In this document: positions 58,114-64,000 of the stretch, piece by piece
How positions within the stretch are numbered: position 1 is the first letter of the stretch
How the letters are laid out: each line of letters opens with the position of its first letter
Assembly: GCA_963612025.1 (NCBI GenBank)
Contig: CAVDUB010000003.1
Location: 37,235-101,234 of the forward strand
DNA from: a bacterium
GTDB lineage: Bacteria > Bacillota_I > Bacilli_A > RFN20 > CAG-288
Direction of reading: 5' to 3'
DNA: 64,000 nucleotides
Translations under genes and position numbers: made by a program
The notes under the pieces: generated by a model
Database searches by the model: none
The model's input: the letters and a program-made list of their open reading frames with translations, nothing else
Told to the model about the DNA's origin: nothing

Positions 58114-59107
58114 ATCATTACCTAAAGCTACTGAAGAAGAAGTCCAGTCCATGGAGAGAGGGTATTGGAGAGAAAAATTCCATAATATTCTCGCAGATTG
58201 GAGATTATACGTTCTTTTCTTCCCACTCTTCTTCTTCCTTGTCGCATGGAAGTATTTCCCAATCGCATCCATGGTCGTTTCGTTTAAGTATCTCCAAATC
58301 GATTCCTCATTTGGAGGCGGAACCTTCACATCGGATTTCATCGGATTTGATTCCTTCATTTATTTATTCAAAAACTTGGATTTCTGGTCTGCGTTCAGAA
58401 ATACCTTTGCACTGAGCTTCTACGGATTGGTCTTCGGATTCCCGTTCCCAATCATTCTCGCTCTCTTCTTCTCTGAAATCAGAGTGAAATGGTTCCGTTC
58501 GATTGCACAGGTCTTCTGCTATCTTCCGAAGTTCATCTCCATCGTTGTTATGACAACCTTGGTCAGCATGCTTCTTCAGTCCTCTGATCCAATCTATGGC
58601 GTCAAGGCGGGTCCGATTGCCGCTATCTTTGAGGCCATGGGCGTCAAAAAAATGATTAGTCAGCCAGGTGCCTTCCGTTCCATTTTCACCGTTTCGGGTA
58701 TTTGGTCGGATGCGGGTTATGGTTCCATTGTCTATTTTGCCGCAATCTTAGGCATTTCGCCAACAAGTTATGAAGCGGCAAAAATTGATGGCGCCAACAA
58801 GATGCAGCAAATCAAATACGTCACCTTCCCAGGTATGGCTCCGACATTGGTCATCATGTTGATTCTCAAGATGGGCCAACTTCTCACCATTGGTTATGAA
58901 AAGGTCTATTTGCTGCAGCAGATTGGATGTTCTTATGTTACATCTGAAACTGTCTCGACCTATGTTATTAACAAGATTATGTCCAGCGCTCAGATGAACC
59001 AGGGTATCGGTGCTGCCGCTGATATGTTCAACTCACTCCTGTCTATGCTTCTTGTCATCGGTTCGAATAAGATATCGAGAAAAGTCTCTTCGACTTCTCT
59101 CTTCTAA
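58100..59107 (+). CDS. CUT1-family ABC transporter permease (LplB/YtcP-like)
   Basis: 'EAAKIDGANKMQQIKYVTFP' EAA loop and 6 TM segments. Confidence 0.8.
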   Translation: MAVAKSLPKATEEEVQSMERGYWREKFHNILADWRLYVLFFPLFFFLVAWKYFPIASMVVSFKYLQIDSSFGGGTFTSDFIGFDSFIYLFKNLDFWSAFRNTFALSFYGLVFGFPFPIILALFFSEIRVKWFRSIAQVFCYLPKFISIVVMTTLVSMLLQSSDPIYGVKAGPIAAIFEAMGVKKMISQPGAFRSIFTVSGIWSDAGYGSIVYFAAILGISPTSYEAAKIDGANKMQQIKYVTFPGMAPTLVIMLILKMGQLLTIGYEKVYLLQQIGCSYVTSETVSTYVINKIMSSAQMNQGIGAAADMFNSLLSMLLVIGSNKISRKVSSTSLF

Positions 59108-59118
59108 GGAGGTTATCT

Positions 59119-60072
59119 ATGGCTGTAACAAAAACCGCAAAAGGCCTCAATAGAAAAATCAAGGGGTCATCCGGAAGCAATCAATTGGATTCTTCTGAAA
59201 TTATCTTCAAAGTTATCTCCTATACGTTTGTCGGCATTTTTGCTCTGATGTGTCTTTATCCGCTTGTCTTTGCATTTTCTGCTTCTATTTCCTCCGGACA
59301 GGCTATGTTGGATGGTAGCGTCGTTCTTTTCCCAATCGGCTTCCAATTGGAGGCCTTCCAGGCCGTTGTCTTGAATAAGCAATTCTGGATTTCCTACTGC
59401 AACACATTCTTCGTCACGGCTTATGGTACTGTCTACTGTATGGGATTATCCATCTTTGGTGCCTATGCCTTGAGTAAGAAAAGACTTTATGGACATAAAC
59501 TCTTCAACTTCCTTCTCATCTTCACCATGTGGTTCTCGGCCGGTGTTATTCCGATGCATTTGAACTATCAGTCTACAAGAGACATTCTCACCAGCATGGG
59601 AATTGTTGATCAAAAGTGGTTGATTGTCATTGCTATGGGTATGTCAGCCTTCAACATCATCTTATTGAGAAATGCGTTCGAGAGCGTTCCGAAGGAAATC
59701 GAAGAAGCTGCCAACGTTGATGGCGCAAACGACTTCCAGATTATGTCGAAAATCTATGTTCCGATGAGCAAGGCCACTGTTGCCACCGTCGGTTTGTTCT
59801 ATGGTATCTCCCGTTGGAATGGTTACTTCTGGGCGATGAAAGAAGTCAGTCAGTCGACCGACTTGCCGCTTCAGGTCGTCATTCAGACACAGATTTCCAA
59901 CTTCCAAACCGATATGGCTGATAATGGTGCGACTTTGATTAATGGTGTCTATTCGATGCAGTCTCTGATTTATGCAATGATTATCTTTGCAATCATTCCT
60001 ATCCTGATCATCTATCCGTTCATTCAGAAATACTTTGCAGCTGGTGTGAACTTGGGCGGTGTGAAGGAGTAG
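59119..60072 (+). CDS. CUT1-family ABC transporter permease (LplC/YesQ-like)
   Basis: 'EAANVDGANDFQIMSKIYVPMSKA' EAA loop. Confidence 0.8.
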   Translation: MAVTKTAKGLNRKIKGSSGSNQLDSSEIIFKVISYTFVGIFALMCLYPLVFAFSASISSGQAMLDGSVVLFPIGFQLEAFQAVVLNKQFWISYCNTFFVTAYGTVYCMGLSIFGAYALSKKRLYGHKLFNFLLIFTMWFSAGVIPMHLNYQSTRDILTSMGIVDQKWLIVIAMGMSAFNIILLRNAFESVPKEIEEAANVDGANDFQIMSKIYVPMSKATVATVGLFYGISRWNGYFWAMKEVSQSTDLPLQVVIQTQISNFQTDMADNGATLINGVYSMQSLIYAMIIFAIIPILIIYPFIQKYFAAGVNLGGVKE

Positions 60073-60132
60073 TTGACAATATTATTTGGACGATACGGGA
60101 CGATTTACATGGATTACATAGGGGGAAAACAA

Positions 60133-62295
60133 ATGAAATCCAAAAAAATTAGTTTGAGTCTTTTGACTCTTGCTGCCGCTTGTGCCGGATTGGTCGGTTG
60201 TAAGCCGGGAACAACGAGCAGTTCGACAGCTGACGCAGATACGACCGATACGACTGAGGAAGAAAAAGTTTCTTTGACCATGTCTGTCTATTATGATAAT
60301 GATGACAGACATATGAAATTCATCGAAGGCGCTGCTGCAAATTTGCCATATTCGTCTTGTGATGGCAACACCTATAAGGCTGGCGACTTCAAACCGGTTT
60401 GGAAGGCAATTCAGAAGAATTTGAACTTCACAATCGATGATCAGTCTCCGACTGGAAAAGTTTCAATCAAGGACAACTTCTCGACTCTTGTCACACAGGC
60501 ATTCAAGACCAATTCAAAGGATATCAATATCGCTCAGGGTAACTCCGATCAGATTCTTTCTGAAGGTACAACAAACAAAACCATTCTCGATTTGAACCAG
60601 TATTTGAGCAAGATGCCGAACTTCAAGAAATTCTTGGAGGATAATCCGGTTGTCAAGAAGACAATTTCTTCTGCTGATGGAAAGATCTTCTATGCTCCAT
60701 ATTTCGATGGTTTCGATGATATCGAACGTATGTTGATGCTCCGTCAGGATTGGGTTGAAAAACTTCTCGATGGTGATTTGCCAACGACTTTGGATACAAC
60801 TTCTATTGAAACAAAGTCCTATACTCCATTCTATACGACAAATATTAATTCTACGGTTGATGTTTTGAAAGCCGATGAGTCTGGCAAAGAAACGATTACA
60901 AAGAATGTTCCAGCTGCCAAGAACATCATCAAGCAGATGAATGATGCCGAAAACTTGACGGGCGCCTCTGCTGTCAAACTTCTCAGAGATTATATTGATG
61001 AAGTTTATGGAAGTACCTATGGAACAAAGAGAAGCGACCTCTTCTGCTCAGGCAGAGCTGTCTATGATGTCGATGAATTGGTTGCTTTGTTCCGCTGCGT
61101 CAAGGCCAATGCAAAATTCTTGACTGGAAAGAGCGATGTCACAATCACTCCATTATTCCCAAGAGCCAAAACCTCTGACAGAACGACCGATTTATATCGT
61201 TTCCTTCAGTTCTTTGGAATCCGTGGAACAGAATCCAGAAATAACTGGTTCTACGTTGACAAGGATGGAAAATTGTGCGATACCCGCGGCACTTCCGAAT
61301 TCGCTGATGGTCTTGAAAAACTTCATGAGATGTATGAAGAAGGCTTGATCATGCAGAACTTCACAGATGCTCAGATCAACAAAAAAGATGATTATCGTGG
61401 ACCGATGTATACCTGTGCTGATGGTACAACCAATATCGGATTCGCAACCTATGACTACAACCAGACAACCACCATCTATAACGATACAACCAAGGATACG
61501 AAGATGAAGTTGATTTCTGTTCTTCCTGCCGTTGCGGATTGGGATGATGGAACGGAAGGCAATTTCATCCACTATACGGAATCTTGGAGATCTGTCAAGA
61601 CCCAGGGATGGTTCATTACCGCCAAGACGGCCAGTGATGAAAAGAAGCTGAACAAAGCTCTTCAATTATTTGATTATCTCTATAGCGATGAGGGCAACCG
61701 TTTGATGTCTTATGGTCCTGATGGCTATTTGAAGAAAGATGCATCGGGCAACATCGCTACGATGGATTATCAGGGAAAACAGGTTCCGGTCCTCTCGGAT
61801 GACTGCAAAAAGGAATTGAACGATTCCAAGATCGGTAATGGTAACTACACCAACTATTATCGTTATTATTTGGGTGCTACATTGCCAGTCGGCTATGTCA
61901 AGGAACAGGGTATGGAATATCAGACTGTTTCCAAGACTGCTCAGCCTTCCCTCAATACCATCAACAAGGCCATCCAGCATGGTGTCTTACAGCATGTCAA
62001 CCATACGACAACCAATACCAACCATCTCTACGATATTGTTCCAACCACTTTGCCATTCACGCAGGCTCAGAACACAACCTTAGGTGATGGATTTGTTGAC
62101 CTGAATACTGCATTCACTTCGGATAAGAGCAAAGTCATGACCATCTCCAAGATTGTCATCAACGGCTGGTCTACACAGGATAAACTTGATTTCTCCACCA
62201 AAGAGAAATATTTGGACACTGTCAAGAACCAGTTGAAGGTCACTCAGTTCGAAAATCTCTACAACGAAGCCTATACGACTTATAAGAATCTTTAG
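60133..62295 (+). CDS. Extracellular solute-binding lipoprotein (LplA-like large SBP) of the ABC importer
   Basis: Lipobox 'LVGCKP'. The mature protein is about 720 aa, typical of polysaccharide or oligogalacturonide SBPs. GGGGGA RBS precedes ATG 60133. Confidence 0.75.
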   Translation: MKSKKISLSLLTLAAACAGLVGCKPGTTSSSTADADTTDTTEEEKVSLTMSVYYDNDDRHMKFIEGAAANLPYSSCDGNTYKAGDFKPVWKAIQKNLNFTIDDQSPTGKVSIKDNFSTLVTQAFKTNSKDINIAQGNSDQILSEGTTNKTILDLNQYLSKMPNFKKFLEDNPVVKKTISSADGKIFYAPYFDGFDDIERMLMLRQDWVEKLLDGDLPTTLDTTSIETKSYTPFYTTNINSTVDVLKADESGKETITKNVPAAKNIIKQMNDAENLTGASAVKLLRDYIDEVYGSTYGTKRSDLFCSGRAVYDVDELVALFRCVKANAKFLTGKSDVTITPLFPRAKTSDRTTDLYRFLQFFGIRGTESRNNWFYVDKDGKLCDTRGTSEFADGLEKLHEMYEEGLIMQNFTDAQINKKDDYRGPMYTCADGTTNIGFATYDYNQTTTIYNDTTKDTKMKLISVLPAVADWDDGTEGNFIHYTESWRSVKTQGWFITAKTASDEKKLNKALQLFDYLYSDEGNRLMSYGPDGYLKKDASGNIATMDYQGKQVPVLSDDCKKELNDSKIGNGNYTNYYRYYLGATLPVGYVKEQGMEYQTVSKTAQPSLNTINKAIQHGVLQHVNHTTTNTNHLYDIVPTTLPFTQAQNTTLGDGFVDLNTAFTSDKSKVMTISKIVINGWSTQDKLDFSTKEKYLDTVKNQLKVTQFENLYNEAYTTYKNL

Positions 62296-62313
62296 TTTCT
62301 TGCCGATTATCAA

Positions 62314-62340
62314 GAGTTAGGGACATTTTGTCCCTAACTC
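62314..62340 (+). terminator. 10-bp hairpin GAGTTAGGGA-cattttg-TCCCTAACTC after the SBP gene (attenuator-like)
   Basis: Read directly. The U-tract is weak. Confidence 0.35.
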
Positions 62341-62371
62341 ATTCCTGATATAAATATTTGGAGGAAAACAA

Positions 62372-62962
62372 ATGAAAAAAATAGTATCTATTTTTCAAAA
62401 ATACAATGGCTATATCTCGATTGTCGTTTTTGCTTTAATGGCTGTTTATGCTTTGGGTATGGCTACACCTGCTGCTCCCTGTAAAAAATATCAGGAAACC
62501 TATGAATTCTATAGTCAGATCATGCCTTATAACAATACATTCTTAATTCTGAGTATTGTCGGTTTGCTTCTTGCGGCATTCTACTTTATTTTGAGAAATC
62601 ATGTGAGAATTGTTTATTACATTTCCAATTATGTTTGGAATGGATTGAATATAGTTTTCTCCTTGACTTCCAGCATCATTCTCTTTATGGGTGTTGCTTT
62701 CTATCAAGGAAAGTATATGGCATTGGATTTCACTGCAATCAATGAATACTTGGATGGCGTCAGCAAGGGCACTGTTCTCAATGCGAACACACCCGTCTTT
62801 GTTCTTGGATACATCCTTGCCGTTGTCGTTCTTCTTTCTTTGATTCCACATGTTTTGGTCTTGGTTGACAAAGTCAAGCTTTCGATTCGCTACAATGCCA
62901 ATCGTAAGGCTGGAATCCCAAATGCTGTCTCTTACAATCCCAATGCAAAGGAGGCGAACTAA
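62372..62962 (+). CDS. Hypothetical membrane protein (4 TM)
   Basis: ORF with a GGAGG RBS. It sits inside the ABC operon between the SBP and the ATPase. Confidence 0.45.
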   Translation: MKKIVSIFQKYNGYISIVVFALMAVYALGMATPAAPCKKYQETYEFYSQIMPYNNTFLILSIVGLLLAAFYFILRNHVRIVYYISNYVWNGLNIVFSLTSSIILFMGVAFYQGKYMALDFTAINEYLDGVSKGTVLNANTPVFVLGYILAVVVLLSLIPHVLVLVDKVKLSIRYNANRKAGIPNAVSYNPNAKEAN

Positions 62963-62966
62963 TTTT

Positions 62967-63572
62967 ATGAAAAAAGATCAGGAAAACGCGACTTTGGAAG
63001 CCGTTGACGAAATCGATGAAGTTGTCAAGCCGAAGAAAGATCCTCTTTCGGTCCGTGCAAAGAACTACTTCAATCCCGAAGGCATCCATTTGGAGATGCT
63101 TCGCTATCGTCCGAACAAGACTTCCTATATGTTAGGTTTGCTTGCTGCCTTATCCCTTGCTGTTGGATTCTGTGCATTCTATTCTGGCACGGAATTGGAT
63201 AAGATTGCCGGATTCAGTCTCTTCGGTTCTTCCATGCCGGGTCCATGGCTTGGCCTCGATATTGTCATTAATATTCTTATGCTTCTCTTCATGCTCTTCT
63301 CCGCAATGAGAATGAAGGATTATTCTATTCAGATGGGCGGTGTCTCCATCGGTCTTGGTGTCTTCCAGATTGCCAGAATCTTCATGCTTCCTTTATCATT
63401 GAGAATAATCGATTGTATGTCGGCACCGATCTTCACGGTTTTGGCTATCTTCTATACGATTTCTGGAGTTTGTAGCATCTTTGCCGGCTTTTTGGCTATC
63501 AAGCTTGGTCTTTCCTTGATTGCATACCTTAAGACTGTGAAGCCGATTGAAAATGAAAAGGTTGGTAAGTAA
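62967..63572 (+). CDS. Hypothetical membrane protein (4 TM) with a 50-aa acidic N-terminal cytoplasmic region
   Basis: ATG 62967 lies 4 nt after the previous stop, preceded by an AGGAGG. Confidence 0.45.
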   Translation: MKKDQENATLEAVDEIDEVVKPKKDPLSVRAKNYFNPEGIHLEMLRYRPNKTSYMLGLLAALSLAVGFCAFYSGTELDKIAGFSLFGSSMPGPWLGLDIVINILMLLFMLFSAMRMKDYSIQMGGVSIGLGVFQIARIFMLPLSLRIIDCMSAPIFTVLAIFYTISGVCSIFAGFLAIKLGLSLIAYLKTVKPIENEKVGK

Positions 63573-63574
63573 TT

Positions 63575-64000
63575 ATGGCAACATTAAAACTTCAAAATAT
63601 CAAGAAAGTCTATGATGGCGGCAATATTGCTGTTCATAACTTCAATATCGACATCAAGGACGGCGAATTCATTGTATTGGTCGGTCCTTCTGGATGTGGT
63701 AAATCCACAACCTTGAGAATGATTGCAGGTTTGGAAGATATCTCGGATGGTACATTGATGATTGGCGACAAGGACTGCACAAAGCTTCCTGCCAAGGATC
63801 GTGATATTGCCATGGTCTTTCAAAACTATGCTCTTTATGCAAATATGACGGTTTATGAGAATATGGCTTTCTCTTTGACTCTGAGAAAAGAAAAACCAGA
63901 GATTATTCATGAAAAGGTCATGAGTGCAGCCGAGAGAATCGGCTTGACTCAGCAGCTCAACAAAAAGCCAAGAGAATTATCCGGTGGTCAGCGTCAGCGT
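63575..64000 (+). CDS. Sugar ABC transporter ATP-binding protein (MsmX/MalK-like), 3'-truncated by the window end
   Basis: 'GPSGCGKST' and 'LSGGQRQR'. It is a paralogue of the 46893 gene and is not in the ORF track because it has no stop. Confidence 0.8.
   Translation, partial: MATLKLQNIKKVYDGGNIAVHNFNIDIKDGEFIVLVGPSGCGKSTTLRMIAGLEDISDGTLMIGDKDCTKLPAKDRDIAMVFQNYALYANMTVYENMAFSLTLRKEKPEIIHEKVMSAAERIGLTQQLNKKPRELSGGQRQR

Noticed and set aside
63584-63910. 108-aa minus-strand ORF at the window end
   Set aside because: It lies antisense to a clear MsmX-like ABC ATPase ('GPSGCGKST', 'LSGGQRQR') that runs off the window.
1-64000. CRISPR arrays, tRNA/rRNA genes, and IS or transposon ends
   Set aside because: Intergenic regions were scanned by eye. 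I saw no regularly spaced direct repeats, no tRNA-like cloverleaf sequences, and no inverted terminal repeats flanking the Rpn-like gene.

Overview
The window reads as chromosomal DNA from a low-GC Gram-positive bacterium (Firmicutes-like; TGA is a stop codon, and AGGAGG-type ribosome-binding sites are present). Almost all of it is coding, on both strands.

From 5' to 3' I see:
- A cluster of three SipW-dependent TasA/camelysin-like secreted proteins plus a SipW-type signal peptidase (1-3340). One substrate is truncated at the window edge and one is fused to a GLUG-repeat domain.
- An orphan Cys-rich ORF followed by about 650 bp of non-coding DNA (3441-4543).
- An operon pairing an AMP-dependent ligase with a DUF1624/acyltransferase-3-like membrane protein (4544-7074, minus strand).
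- A translationally coupled three-gene operon (7257-12933) whose architecture matches Wadjet/MksFEB-type SMC systems: jetA-like, jetB-like and a jetC-like SMC ATPase. No JetD/Toprim gene exists anywhere in the window. The operon ends at a strong intrinsic terminator and is followed by an Rpn-family PD-(D/E)xK nuclease gene (13082-13900).
- Housekeeping blocks: glgC-glgD-glgA, rpmF, a conserved rsmB-like/rlmN/prpC/prkC/rsgA/rpe operon whose RsmB paralogue has lost its catalytic motifs, rpmB, a GH43 enzyme, adhE, an APH-family kinase and a MIF-like tautomerase.
- A large rhamnose, pectin and rhamnogalacturonan utilisation region (31.2-64 kb). It contains rhaB, rhaA and rhaD, a GH78 rhamnosidase, a domain-permuted membrane-anchored GH3 enzyme, a DeoR regulator, kduD-like and kdgK genes, CE4, SGNH and CE8 esterases, an in-frame MATE-GH105 fusion, uxaB, uxaA and uxaC, and a CUT1-type ABC importer carrying extra unexplained membrane proteins.

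I found no rRNA, tRNA or CRISPR sequences.
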